Source: Salpingoeca rosetta
Lineage: Eukaryota > Protista > Choanoflagellata
NCBI GenBank assembly: GCA_033442325.1
Contig: JAWQFM010000009.1
Span: forward strand, 863,729-927,728
DNA length: 64,000 nt
Direction of reading: 5' to 3'
Shown here: in pieces, positions 17,139 to 32,779 of the stretch
Layout: every line of letters starts with the position of its first letter
Numbering within the stretch: position 1 is the first letter of the stretch
Made by a program: the position numbers and the translations under genes
The notes under the pieces: model-generated
What the model saw: only the letters and a program-made list of their open reading frames with translations
The model's database searches: none
Told to the model about the DNA's origin: nothing

Positions 17139-19356
17139 GCAGACACATACAGACACACATACACACACGCACGCACCCATGGTGGGGACGATGACGCGAA
17201 GCTCCTCCTCTGCAAACAGTTTCTTGAGGAGGTCAAACTTGCTCTGGCTCAGGAAGCAGTTGGTGTCTGGCATCACAACGCTCACCATGACGACAAACTC
17301 GTAGTCTGCCCTGGCCTTCTCTCGCTCGACAGCCTTGAGCACAGCCTGCTTGCTCGCCTCAGCAGCCTTCAGCTGCCGCTGCTTCTCCTTCAACTCCCGC
17401 AGCGCCGCCGACTGCCGCCCAAACGACGACTCCAGCGAGAGAAGCGAACTGAGCGATGACGCAAGCGAACTCGTGCTCTTGCGTGATGCTGGTGTCGCCT
17501 GGCCCGTGCTGGCACGGCTGCTCGTGGATTGCGTCATGGACTTGGAGGTATGGTGCTGGGCCTGGGCTAAGCCACCACCACCACCAGTACCATCACCATC
17601 ACCAATGGTGGCGCCAGAGAAAGCGGAGGCTGCACCCCTAAGTGCGCCTCCTGTTGCTGTAGTCGCTGCGGTCCGCCGATGCGCGTGAATATCCGCCGGT
17701 GCAGACACGGCCGCCGGCAGTGAGGACGACGACGACGACGATGCACGCGAGTGATCCCTGGTCGCGCCGTGCGTGCCTGCTGTCGGTGTCATACCCGTCA
17801 GGGCGGGTGTGTGCGACCCGGACACCACCGACGTTCCTGGCTCGAGTGGAGACGTCAGCGACGACGGCTGCCGCGCGACCGCTGCGGGAACAACAATCGG
17901 CGGGCGTGGCGGCGCATGGCGCTCCACAGCACCCTCGTCGACCTTCCACACCACGTTGGCATCGAAACCGCCATCGCTGTCCAGGTCGTGGCGTCGGCGG
18001 GGCGTCCGTCGCCGCACCCACCGCGTGGTGTCCGCAAGCGCCTCAAACTCCACATACGCACGCGCGATGGTGACAAACAGCTGGAACACAGACGGCGCGC
18101 GCACCACAGGCACGCGGACGGGTTTGAGGGACAGCGTGGGGGCGTGGTCGCGGTAAAACTGCTTCAGATGCTCCACGCCACGCAAATGGTAGTCAAACGC
18201 GTGCGTGGCCGTCATCTGCGAGATGCACACGTACAGGTAGCGCAGGGTGTCTGGGCGCTGGTCAATGAGGGAGACCGCAAGCAGGGCGGGCGTGTCGTGC
18301 GGCTGCAGCGGCTCCGCCTGCGAGGAGAAGAGCGAGTCTTGTCCGATGGGAAACATGGTGAACTTGGCGTTGGGGTGGCGGCGAGCAAGGCGCGCAATGG
18401 AGCGCTCAGCGGTGTCCACAGCAGAGATGAGCTCATCGGCAAACACAGAGGCAACCTGGCACCGCAAGCGCCGCCGCAGCGTGGTGGCAAGGACACACAG
18501 CATGCGCATGGTGTGTGCGAGGGCAAGTTGTTGCGGCAGCATGGGGTATGCCTCCAGCTGCTCCAAAATGGACGCGTTGTTGCGTAATGTGCGCAGCATG
18601 ACGGTGATGGAGGGGAGGACTGCATTGAACGCTACGCCAGTCGCAGTCGCCTCGTCGTAGTGCACCGTGAAGAACGCACACAGCAGTCTGCGGTGTGGTG
18701 TTGCAACGTGCAGGACGATAAACAACGTGGGTGTGAAGGTGACTGTTGTGAACGTGCAGGGAACCATGGGCGCATGTCAATGTGAAATTGCTGATGCTTG
18801 CGTATGACTGGAGTTGTGGTGTATGTCTGCGTGCATGCGTGTATGCGTGTGTGTGTGTGTGTATGTGTGACGCGGAAGCGTGGGGCGTGGTGGTCAGCGA
18901 CAGCACCTGAGCCAGGAACAGAGAAGATGGAGCGATGCGGCCACGCGGGCAGAGCGGGCCGGGTTGCCGTTGGGATTGGCGCGGCGATCTGAACAGGAGA
19001 GGAGGTAGAGCAAGGGGGGGGGGCGTGGTGTGTGACATTCGGGAAGGGAACTTGGAAAAACGAGCACACAGACACAGGCACGCAACAAAACAGACCAAAA
19101 AGTCACAAACAGTCGCTCACACAGGCAGACAGACACAGACACAGACAGACAGATAGATACCCCTCCCCCACAGACAGCCACACCCACAACACAGCGCACC
19201 CTGGAGCTGTGCGAGGCGGACAGCGATGACGATCCAGAGGGTGCAGGCCGTGATGGTGTCGGCGTCAATCTCATTGCGGTCGAGAAGCAGAACCAGATAC
19301 GCATGCACCGACACGGAAAATGGCGGCACGTCGTGCATCCTGGGGGTCGGGGTGTG

Positions 19357-19421
<65 letters not shown>

Positions 19422-20246
19422 ACGGCGTGTGCAGTGGATGGGGTGGCGATGATGAGGGGGGGGGGAGGGTGTGGCGAGCAATTGTCACGATATATAGACA
19501 CAGGTATGGGGATATACAGACACACACACGCATATGGGGATGCACATTGGCACAAACATACACAGACACACACAGACATACACATACAGAACACAAACAG
19601 ACACGCACAGACAGACAGACACAGGCAGACACAGGCACACAGACACACACAGACACACACAGGTAGACAGACACACAGACACGCAAAAGCCTACATACCT
19701 GATGCCCTCGTGGATAAGTGCCATGAGTCCCGCAAAGACGACCTTCAAGTCATGAGTGGAGATTGCATCAGGGTCATCGAAATGCTGCATGGAGGCGCGC
19801 ACGAGGCGTGGCCAGGAATACTCATCGTCAAGCGCAGCGCGTGCGGACTTTGGGTCCAGAAGCAGCGAAAGCTCTGACGTGTGCACACTCGGAGCAAAGT
19901 GGACGGCCCTTGCTTGCACGCGCTGCCGATGCTGCTGTTGGAGGGAGGGCGTGGTGGGGGCGTCGGAGGAGGTGCGAGCAGGCAGCGACGACGACGACGA
20001 TGATCCGAGAGAGAAGATGCCAGCGAGGCCAATCATGCTGCTTTTCTTGCTGGTGCTCTGTGAGGCGCTAGTGTCCTTCTCAGCCTCCAACCTCTCCTTT
20101 TCCTCCCTCTCGTGTTCCTGCTGTTCCTGCTGCGCCCTTCGAAGCGTCACCAGCCGCCCGCACGCATCCGACAGGGACTCCCACGGCAGTATCCACATGC
20201 TGCGGTGGAAGGGGGAGCGCTCGGGCGCACCGTGCGAGTTGTTGGC

Positions 20247-20277
<31 letters not shown>

Positions 20278-20668
20278 GTGGTGTTTGGGTGCTGATGGTG
20301 CCGCTGTGCGAGTGCGGATGTCGATGCATATGCGCGCGCTGACGACGACGACGACGGTGGTGGTGGTTGCAGTGGAACGGGGTCAAACGTGCGTTGGCGG
20401 CGTGGTGACGACGGCGCTGATGGCGACGTGGGCGTGTTGGTGCGCGGGGGGCCATGCAACAGCTGCACGCCTCTGGGAATCACCTGCCAGCGATGACAGG
20501 GGTGGGGGGGGGGGAGTGGCGGCACGTGTGCGTGTATGCAGGTGAGTGCGCATGTGTTCTGAGGTGGGAACATCCCCAATAAGGGGCAATCGTCAAACTC
20601 ACAACAGCAATCAGACGCAAAATGGGCATAATTAAAGAACATGCACCACTCACATGTACGTGTCTCCA

Positions 20669-20746
<78 letters not shown>

Positions 20747-22464
20747 CACGTACACGACTACGCGTTGGCAGACCTGCTGTGCATATTGGGTGAACATGTC
20801 TGGGGCGGTCTGCAGCGGCGTCTTGACGGCCATGGAGCGCGCGTGGTGGTACAACACTTCAAACGGGCGCCCTTGCAGCTCCGCCAGCACAGCAAGCTTG
20901 TTGTACGCGTTGTAGAAGGTCGGGTTCAGCCGCAGCGACGCCTGCACGTGTGCATTGGGGAAAGCGGAAAGTGTGCAGGGTGCCCGTGTTGGTGTTGTTT
21001 GCATGTATCAGTTTGTGTCGACAGCAAGGGTAACAAACAGGCGCACCATGGCCAGCAGGCAGGCTGGCAAGCGGGCAGGTACTCGCCAACACATACATAC
21101 ACGCATACACACACATACATGCAGACGCACACACCTGGTAAAACGTGTGAGCAGCATGGATGAGGTCACGACGCAGCGGGTTGGTGTCGCGGGTGGAGAC
21201 GTGCTGCGCTTGGTAGCGCTTCATGTCACCCATGAGGTTGAGGCAGTCTGCCATGATGATGAGGCGGTTTGTCACCTCCACAGACCGACCGGCGCCAATC
21301 CACAGCCGCCGTGCCTCCCCTTGCGTGCACGTGTGCAGGCTGATGGGGACCTTCTGCTGCACTGGGTACTTGTTGTCAGCAAGGGTGATGGTGGGCAGGT
21401 CTGCAAGGTCGCGGTCGTCCTCAAAGCGGTCGTACACGTGCTCGTACACGAACATCACCATCCGCTCTGCCTCTGCCAGGAAGTTCAGGTACTCAAAGCA
21501 CAGCCCGCCCATGGCCACGCGGCGGTAATACGCCACCACTTTGTACATGTGGTCTCGCCAGAAATATCGCAGCATGGTGCGGTGCTTGACAGCAGCTGCC
21601 AAGTCTGCCACCACCTTCTTGATTGCTCTGCCAACAGCAGCAAGGGCATCATACAACAGGCACACCGAAGATGCAATGGGCCAAAAGCAGTGAGTCACGT
21701 ACGCCAAGGGGGGGGGGATGAAAATGCAGCATATCGACACGGAGCAAGCGCAAACGTCAACGACATGGGGGCGTGCACGTTTTCATGTGCGTGCGTGTGT
21801 GTGCATGTATGCATGTGTGTATGTATGTATGTATGTATGTATGTATGTATGTATGTATGTATGCATGTGTGTATGTGTATGTATGCATGTGTGTGTATGT
21901 GTGTCCCATCATCACGACCCCCAACACGCAAAACCACACCAGCCGCCAACCCTCCCCGTCACCGCCACAGAAGGCACCCTCCAAGTGATGTGCAAGTTAT
22001 TTCCTTCCCTCCCCCACACACCTTCTTGCGTTGGTGAGGGCGACGTTGGCCATGATGCGGCGGTTCTTTGTTGTCACGTGCTTCTCCATGGTGGTTGGCA
22101 TGGTGGCTGGGAGCGGGTCTGCCTTTGGCAGGGTGGCCATGGACACGCTGCGTGTCTGCTCGACAGCGACCAGGGGGATTTTGAAGGCGGCCTCCTCATC
22201 CTGCGTGTTTGGTCGATGAAGACTCTCACTCTCAAAGTCATCCAAGGACTTGTGTGATGTGGCCGTTATACTCGCTGCTCGGCCACTGCGCTGTTGGGCC
22301 CAATCTTCCTCGCTTGTGCTCCACCCTTCCTCGCCATCTTGTCGGTGGTGGACAGACGCGTGTTCTGCTTCCGTGTCCGTGCTGCTAGTCACGTGCTGCG
22401 GGTAGCGGGTGCTGTCCTGCCGCAAGTGGTGTCGTCCTTGTTGTCGTCTTGTTGGCGCACTCAT
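15960..22464 (-). CDS. SMG6: SMG6/EST1-family NMD factor (EST1/14-3-3-like domain plus C-terminal PIN nuclease), multi-exon
   Basis: EST1 motifs MGDMKRY...FYQ|[30 protein letters not shown]; PIN motifs [28 protein letters not shown] and [13 protein letters not shown]. Confidence 0.85.
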
Positions 22465-22603
22465 CGCGCAGCCATCACCACCACCGTTGCAGACAATTTA
22501 CGAATGATTTACATCAATTGTCAGCAACCAAAGAGAACAAGGAAGGAGGAAGGGGGAGCGCCACAGAGCAACGGGCTGACGGGCTGCCACGCACGCACGC
22601 ACC

Positions 22604-24398
22604 ATGCTGATGGGTGTTGGCGGTGGCAGTGGCACTGGTGGAGGCGGTGTGCGGGTGAACAGGCTCGCTGGCGTGCTTGCAGCAGCGACTGTGTTGGTGG
22701 TTTGGCTGTGGATGCAAGTGCTGGGGCAAGGCAGTGCACCGGTGACCCGGCCCAACTCGGTTGTGGTTGTGGTGCCACCTGCCGATCTGGGCGTGGATCA
22801 CCTCTCTCACGTGCAGCCGGTGCAGATGGAGAACATCGCCGTGGCCCCTGGTGACGACGGCCAGATGCGGGAACAGCACGAAGATCAACGAAGAATACAC
22901 GCCCAGTACGGGGACCAACAGGGACAAAGATTACATGAGCAGGGGCAGTCAGAAGATGCCCAGCGTGGTGGAGCACAAGGAATCAATACACAGGAGCACC
23001 CCGTGGAGAGAATAGGGGGCAATGCAGAAGCAGGACACGGAGAGACCAACACCCATAATGGAGGCAACACAGGTGGAGTGACTGGGGCAGCGAATACCGT
23101 GGATGCTGCAGCTGTCGAAGAGGTGTTGTTTGTGATGGTGTCGAAGAAACACAAGCACCTGGCGGCGTTCCTGCGGTCCTTGGAGCGAAGCGACTGGCCA
23201 AAGAACATGGTGATTGTGTTCTCGCACGACTTTCACAATTCCAGCACCGTTGCCCTGACGCGCGAGGCCAAGGCAGTGTTTCCGAACAGCGAACAGTGGC
23301 TGCACCCGTTTGCATGCTCGCAGTCGGATCCGGCCGGCCCCGCCCGCGGGTTCCCGCGCTTCACCCCCACAGGCGCCGAGATTGACGACTGGCAAGGCAG
23401 CTGCGTCAAGAACCACTGGTGGTGGGCAGCCAACAAGATCTGGGGCTCGTATTCGAACCTGCGCATCATGTACTACCTGGAAGAGGATTTCCTCGTGTCT
23501 GCGCATGCGTACAGCGCTGCCACGATCATGCGACGGCAAGCGGAGGCTGGCGACATGCTGGGGTTCATGCTGGAGTGTCGTCGCAACCTGTGGACGGTAT
23601 CCGGTGCCATGCTGCGGCGCGCGTGGCTTGATATCCACAGCAATGCCGACTTCTTCTGCCACTTTAACGAATACAACTGGTTCGTGTGCGTGTGCGTGCG
23701 TGTGAGTGTGTGTGTGTGTGTGTCGTGTGTGTGTGTGTGTGTCGTGTGTGTGCGTGTGCGTGTGTCGTGTGTGTCGTATGTTGCGTGTGTGTGCATGTGT
23801 GTGTATGTGGTACAACCCTCCTCTTTTTTGCCTGTTCAACTTCAACCCCCCTCCCCACCTCGCACCCATCAATTGACTGCACTCACCATCCGGTCGCCAT
23901 GTCTCTCTCTCGCGCGTGCGCTCTCTCTCTCTCTCTCTCTCTCGCGTCGACCGCTGTCAACCGCCACCCCACACCAGGGATCTCTCTGTGAAGCAAGCCC
24001 TCATCCGCTTTGCATCAGAGCCATCGCACCGCATGTACATATGCGCACCGCGACGGTTTGCTCAGCACACGGGCGACATTGGGCAGGGCCTCACGCGGGG
24101 CAAGGATGTGGGCGGCGATGAGGAGGAGGATCGACTGATACGGGAGCTTGAGACATCGTTCTACGCAAAGACAGACACGCAGACGCTGAGCGAGCACGCA
24201 GCCACAACGCGGGTGGAGAAGCTGTCACGGCAGCACAAGGGCTTCAAGGGGTTTGCAGACATGCGCTACCAGCACCACTGCATGCACGTTGCCAGCTACT
24301 ACGATGGCCGTGGCCGTGGCGAGGGTGATGATGACGAGGGGAGTGATGCATGGATAGCTCGCTTCGTACAAGAGACCCTGTCACTGTCGCCGGAATAA
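22604..24398 (+). CDS. MGAT2: MGAT2/GnT-II-like (GT16) N-acetylglucosaminyltransferase; exons 22604-23679 and 23978-24398
   Basis: Type II N-terminal TM segment (LAGVLAAATVLVVWLWMQVL); VIVFSHDF, KNHWWW, YLEEDF, FCHFNEYNW|DLS and QHTGDIG match GnT-II motifs. Confidence 0.8.
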
Positions 24399-24893
24399 AC
24401 ACAGCCATATCTAGGCGTGTGTGTGCGTGCGTGCGTGCGTGCGTGTGTGTGTGTGCGCGTGTGTGCATGTCATGTGTGCACCTTCGGTATGCTTGGGAGG
24501 ACTGTGTCCATGATGTCATGTCAATGAATGTCCAACCGGTGGTGTATTCGGGTTGGGGAATTGCAAAAGGCACATATGACACACACACACACATATACAA
24601 ATATGAAGGCCGGTCAAGAGCCGGCTGCGTGGATTGAGTGGTCTGTGACACAAAGCCATGTGTACGTGTGTGAATGCATGCGTGAATGTGAGTGTACGCA
24701 TGTGAGCGTGTGGTAGCCAACACAAAAGCGCACATAATGCCACCACGAGGCAAGCTGCATATAGTCACGCACGCGCGCGCACACACACACACACACATAT
24801 ACAGACACACACAGGCACACACAGAGGCACATGAGAAGGAGACAACTACAGCTACACGACGAGCACCAGCAATACCGCGATGTGCTGAAGCGG

Positions 24894-26729
<1,836 letters not shown>

Positions 26730-27127
26730 CCTGTTCACACAACAGAGGTGCGTGTGCGTGTGCGTGTGCGTGTGCGTGTGCGTGGGGGGGGGGAAGTGAG
26801 AAAGCAAGCGTCGTGGGAGAGAGTGATGGTGGAGAGGTTCATCACAGCGGAGTGGGTGCACGCCAACGTTGCACGCACGCTGTCTTCGTTGTTGTTGTTG
26901 CGCTGTCTTTCCTCTTCTTCGTCAGCAGTTTTTTTTTTGTTTTGCGACGACGACAACAGGCACATCAACACACACCCATCTTCCTGTCCTTCTTCCGCAC
27001 CCTGCTGGCTTGCTTGCTACCCTTGCTTGCTGCCCTTGCTTGCACCCACCTCTCCTTCGTCTCCTCGTCTCCTCGTCTCCTGTCCTGCCTTCCTCTACCT
27101 GTCACGCACACACACGCACACGGCACC

Positions 27128-27765
27128 ATGTATCTTGGTGGGGTGTCCGTTGCCTATGAGAAGGAGAGGACGCCGCCAGAGTGGTCGGTGGTGCCCAAAA
27201 CCGTCAATGGGCACGATGCGGACCTCAACGCTGGCACAAAGCTGCCCCTCCTCGGCGGTGCAAAGATGTACATATGCGTTCGCCCACTCAACCACCAGGA
27301 CAGCCACTACATCACCAATGTGACTGTCATCCACGAAGGCAAAGAGGCTGTTCCCCTCGGGCACGAGGTTGTTCGCCGCTCCGTCTCAGGTGCGCGTGCT
27401 GATGCGTGTGCTGATGCGAACTGCTCATTCACCACACACTCAACGACGATGGTCATATGTGTGCGTGTGCGTGCGCGTGCGCGCGTGTGTGTCTGGATGT
27501 ACACGTGTGCATGTGCATGTGTGTGTGCATGTGCATGTGTGTGTGCATGTGTACGTGCATGTGTACATGTATGCGTGTGATTTGTGATTCTCAATCCTCA
27601 AGATGCCCACACGCACTCATACACCAAACACACGCATTCATACGCTGCATGCTTCGTCTATTGGACAGGCAAAGATGCAAACCTCAACGCCAAGTCTGGT
27701 GGATCCAAACTGTATCTCTGCGTCAAGCGTGAGCCCCGATACACGGTTCGTTCGCATGCAACTTC

Positions 27766-27838
<73 letters not shown>

Positions 27839-29181
27839 CGCGATCGAGAAAGATANNNNNNNNNNNNNNNNNNNNNNNNNNNNNNNNNNNNNNNNNNNNN
27901 NNNNNNNNNNNNNNNNNNNNNNNNNNNNNNNNNNNNNNNNNNNNNNNNNNNNNNNNNNNNNNNNNNNNNNNNNNNNNNNNNNNNNNNNNNNNNNNNNNNN
28001 NNNNNNNNNNNNNNNNNNNNNNNNNNNNNNNNNNNNNNNNNNNNNNNNNNNNNNNNNNNNNNNNNNNNNNNNNNNNNNNNNNNNNNNNNNNNNNNNNNNN
28101 NNNNNNNNNNNNNNNNNNNNNNNNNNNNNNNNNNNNNNNNNNNNNNNNNNNNNNNNNNNNNNNNNNNNNNNNNNNNNNNNNNNNNNNNNNNNNNNNNNNN
28201 NNNNNNNNNNNNNNNNNNNNNNNNNNNNNNNNNNNNNNNNNNNNNNNNNNNNNNNNNNNNNNNNNNNNNNNNNNNNNNNNNNNNNNNNNNNNNNNNNNNN
28301 NNNNNNNNNNNNNNNNNNNNNNNNNNNNNNNNNNNNNNNNNNNNNNNNNNNNNNNNNNNNNNNNNNNNNNNNNNNNNNNNNNNNNNNNNNNNNNNNNNNN
28401 NNNNNNNNNNNNNNNNNNNNNNNNNNNNNNNNNNNNNNNNNNNNNNNNNNNNNNNNNNNNNNNNNNNNNNNNNNNNNNNNNNNNNNNNNNNNNNNNNNNN
28501 NNNNNNNNNNNNNNNNNNNNNNNNNNNNNNNNNNNNNNNNNNNNNNNNNNNNNNNNNNNNNNNNNNNNNNNNNNNNNNNNNNNNNNNNNNNNNNNNNNNN
28601 NNNNNNNNNNNNNNNNNNNNNNNNNNNNNNNNNNNNNNNNNNNNNNNNNNNNNNNNNNNNNNNNNNNNNNNNNNNNNNNNNNNNNNNNNNNNNNNNNNNN
28701 NNNNNNNNNNNNNNNNNNNNNNNNNNNNNNNNNNNNNNNNNNNNNNNNNNNNNNNNNNNNNNNNNNNNNNNNNNNNNNNNNNNNNNNNNNNNNNNNNATG
28801 TATGTATGTATGTATGTATGTATGCATGTATGTATGTATGTATGTATGTATGTATGTATGTATGTATGTATGTATGTGTATGTATGTATGTATGTATGTA
28901 TGTATGTATGTATGTATGTATGTATGTATGTATGTATGTATGTATGTATGTATGTATGTATGTATGTATGTATGTATGTATGTATGTATGTATGTATGTA
29001 TGTATGTATGTATGTATGTATGTGTGTATGTATGTATGTGTGTATGTGTGTATGTGACGCCCAGATGTCGACGTTGACCATCTCCGGCGACGCGTCGTTT
29101 GTTGACGTCGATCAAAAGGTGCTCCACCCCGCCCACGCATCCACCTCACGTGTCTCATCGCACATTTCGTGTGACCCTGCG

Positions 29182-29261
<80 letters not shown>

Positions 29262-29332
29262 TCATGCACACACACATACACACCACGCTCTTGCCCCAAT
29301 GCATCCTTTCAATCCTTTCAAAACTCGCTCAA

Positions 29333-29364
<32 letters not shown>

Positions 29365-29412
29365 CAGTATGCGTATTCGTTTGAGCGGGAGCTCAGGATC
29401 AAGGCCGGATGA
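27128..29412 (+). CDS. MVB12-like ESCRT-I subunit (MABP domain plus UMA-like C-terminus); interrupted by an assembly gap
   Basis: MABP-type repeats (PPEWSVVPKTVNGHDADLNAG..MYICVR; YITNVTVI..VPLGHEVVRRSVSG|KDANLNAK..LYLCVKR); C-terminal YAYSFERE resembles the UMA motif. Confidence 0.72.
27856..28797. other. Assembly gap (N run) inside the MVB12-like gene
   Basis: Run of n; flanked by (TG)n and (TATG)n. Confidence 0.99.
28798..29040 (+). repeat. (TATG)n tetranucleotide microsatellite, intronic
   Basis: Directly visible, about 240 bp. Confidence 0.97.
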
Positions 29413-29854
29413 TGAAACGACGACGACAACGACGGCTATGATGATTGCGATTGTTGTGTTGCGATACTTCAACCACACGATCCACTGCATCCCCGACCTT
29501 CCCTCCTCTTCCCTCCTCTCCCCTCCTCCCCCTTCTCTACTCCATTACTGTCGCTTGTTGATAGATATGCCACTCGCCACTGCTTCTTGTCCACACCACC
29601 TTGCTTCCTCGCGAGTCCGTGTGTCTCTGCGCGTGTCTCCTGCCCACGTGCGTCTCTTTTGTCTCTTATCGAGCGCTTGCCTTCTCTGCTTCTGTCTTGC
29701 CCGCTTTCTGTTTCACCCCCCTCTCCTTGGCTGTTACAGTTACATCTTTCGTTCTGACACTCACAACACCCTTCTTCCCAAATGCTGTGAAGTCGTTGTT
29801 CAGTCGTTCATTCAGTCGTTTGCGTCTTGGTTGTGGACGTGTACATCACGCCAC

Positions 29855-29893
<39 letters not shown>

Positions 29894-29971
29894 GCCACTA
29901 CGATCGCATAAGACTTGGTTTGTACGACAAAAGATTAAACGAGATCAACTGCTACGTCGCTCTCATCCTCG

Positions 29972-30027
<56 letters not shown>

Positions 30028-30576
30028 GACACAGAACGCATTGGTGTGTCCGTCCACTCTAATAGCGGCGAGGAGGGCTGTGAGGGCCAAAAAACCATAC
30101 ACACATACACACATCCAACAATCGTTCAAACGGGCACAGCAGGTGCAAACGCATGTGAGCTGACGCCAGCGTTCAACGGAACCTCAAGTGAACAGCGACA
30201 GTTAAGGCGGCAGTTGTGGTGGCGATGACAAACAGCGCTCGCTCGAGACAGCAGCCAGCCACTCAGGCATCCATGCAGCCGCAACCATGGCCACCAGCCT
30301 TTCAAATGTCTTTCTCCTTTATTCGTTCTCATCGCCACGCCACCTCTCTTTTCGTTGCCGCCTTCATTGCCCACACCGTCCCAACCCGTGCCAGAGCCAC
30401 GCATGACATGACACCACAACCACGACGACAACCACGGCGACAACCACGACTACGACCATGCATCATGTTCCGTCCCACCTCCCTCTCCGCTTGTCCTTCA
30501 AACGTCACATCGCTCCAACTTCCAACACCGCCCGTTCACTCCTTTGCCCTCAGGTCGCTGTCGCGTGGAGCGCAAC

Positions 30577-31750
30577 TCACCGCGGCTCGTACCGGTCGTC
30601 GTACCCCGAGTACCCGCCCGGGTACCTGGAACTGCTTGCGTAGTACCCGGTACTGCGGCTGTCGTACCCGCGCGGGTCTGTGCCCGACGGCGGGGGCGGG
30701 GGCGCCGGCGCAGCACGCCTGTCATATGCCGGGTACCGCTCGCGCCTGTCGTAGCGGTCGTACCCTGCGTAGTAGGAGCTTGGCGGGGGTGGCGGCGGCG
30801 GCCCCGAGGGCGGGTAGCGGCGGTCGTCGTAGCGGTCGTACGGTCGCGGGTAGTAGCCGCCGTACTCGTAGCGGCGCGGAGGTGGTGGCGGCCCGCCATA
30901 GGGAGGACGCCCGTAGCGCGGGGGCGGGGGGCCGCCTGGTGGTGGTGATGGTGGTGGTGGTGGTGGTTTGAAGGTGTGAGGAAAGGGGGGGGGGTTTGTG
31001 GGTAACATGAGGAGAAGAATACAGGGAGGAGTGGCAAGGCAGAGGTAATGGACAGGGCCGACGCCCAATATGAAGCGCACAAGTACATCTTATCACACAG
31101 ACACGCAATCACATCATGTATGCAGGCGTACGTCTGCCGATGGAGCCGGCGGGGCGAGGGCGGGCAAAGTTGACGGCGACTTCGCGCCCGAGGAACGTCG
31201 TGCTGGTGGGAGGGGGAAGAACACAATCAGTTCAGGGAGCAACGGGCGCATCAGTCCAATGCAATGGCGTTCACGCAGGGAGAAACAAGATAGACAGCCA
31301 CACTGGGCATCCACGCGCAGACACACAGACACAGGCACAGGCACAGGCACATACACGCAGACAAGACAAGACACACACACACACAGACACACACACACAC
31401 ACAAAACACACACACACACACGCAGACACAGACAGGCATTCACACCAATGCAAGCAGCGTACCCATTCATGCCCTTCTCGGCATCCTCGGCCTCGGTGCG
31501 GTCTGCAAACGTGACAAAGCCAAACCCACGGCAGGTGCCTGTGACGCGGTGCATGGGAAGGAACACGTCCTTCACCTTCCCAAACTTGCCAAACGCCTCC
31601 TCCATATCTGACACTTTGGTCTGCGCGAACAGCGTCATCACATGAGAGGTAACAGCCAAGTGTGAGCGCATTTGGTTTGAGGGAGACGCACAGAGCGCAT
31701 GCATGCAAACAGACACATGCCAGTATGCACACGGACACGGGCACGGGCAC

Positions 31751-31795
<45 letters not shown>

Positions 31796-32503
31796 GATAC
31801 ATACAGACACAGACACAGACACAGACAGACACATAATAGCGAAACAACTTTGTGATTCTGGTCAGGTGTTTGGAGAACACGTACATCGTAGTTGAGGTTG
31901 CCGACAAACAGCTTGTATCCCGTGCGTTCGAGCTCCTCCAACTCCTCACGCGACAGCTTGGCAGACCTCAAGTTGAGGTCGCGGTCACGGTCACGGTCAC
32001 GGTCACGGTCACGGTCACGGTCGCGAGAGCGAGAACGCTCGCGAGAACCGCGGTCGCGCCCACGATCATCACGCGCCGGGGACTCCCTTCGCTCAACTTC
32101 GCCTGCCTCCCGTGTATCCATGCTGAGGTGGTCGCGCACACATGCAGACATGCAGAGGACATCATTGTTTTTTCACGATAGGGTCATCAACCACGGTCAC
32201 ATCATTCGTTCAATCAACCACCCCGACCAAAGCGTCGTCATCATTCCCATGAAAACATCTCCATCTCCACGATAATCACACAACGCCCTCATCGTCGTTT
32301 TTTGTGTCGACAACGTCACGTGCATCCACCTCCATCATGACCATTATCAACCTCTTGATCATCACCATCATCATCGCAGTTGGCTCATCGCCGGTCTCCC
32401 ATCACTACTAGCAAGGTACTAAACTGTCGTGTGTCATGGTGGCCCTTGGCGTGCCCCAACACTCCTCGTACCTCTCCGCGTCTCTGTGATATTCGTCGGC
32501 CAT
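30577..32503 (-). CDS. SR-like single-RRM RNA-binding protein (RS/RD N-terminus, Y/R/G/P-rich C-terminus)
   Basis: RNP2 LFVGNL, RNP1 RGFGFVTF, completed by spliced TTFLGREVAVNFAR; first micro-exon MADEYHRDAE at 32503-32472. The apparent stop overlaps a GTGAGT donor, so the 3' end may extend. Confidence 0.85.
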
Positions 32504-32779
32504 CTTGCTCCTTGGCTTCCTTCCTCTGTCTTCTGCTTCTCTGGTGCAGCGTGAATGACGAAAAATGGCAACATTGACGCCAATTTTCGCGGCAACCACC
32601 CAAGACCAAGCAAGAAGCAAGCAAGTAAGCCAGCAAAACAAGCAGCAAGCAAGCAAGCAGCCAGAGAACGCAGTGCAACCACCACACAGCAGCGCAGTGA
32701 GAAGCACGGACGGTTAGCAAGCAGCACGTTCACTGCAATTTGCGTGTGCACTTCTTGCGCGGCGGTGAGGAAGAAGACG

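Noticed and set aside
27584-29412. Approx. 500-aa ORFs in all six frames
   Set aside because: Artefact of the N gap plus flanking repeats.
29413-30576. Possible extra gene between the MVB12-like and RRM genes
   Set aside because: No coherent coding signal; most likely convergent 3' UTRs, perhaps with a final short RRM-gene exon.
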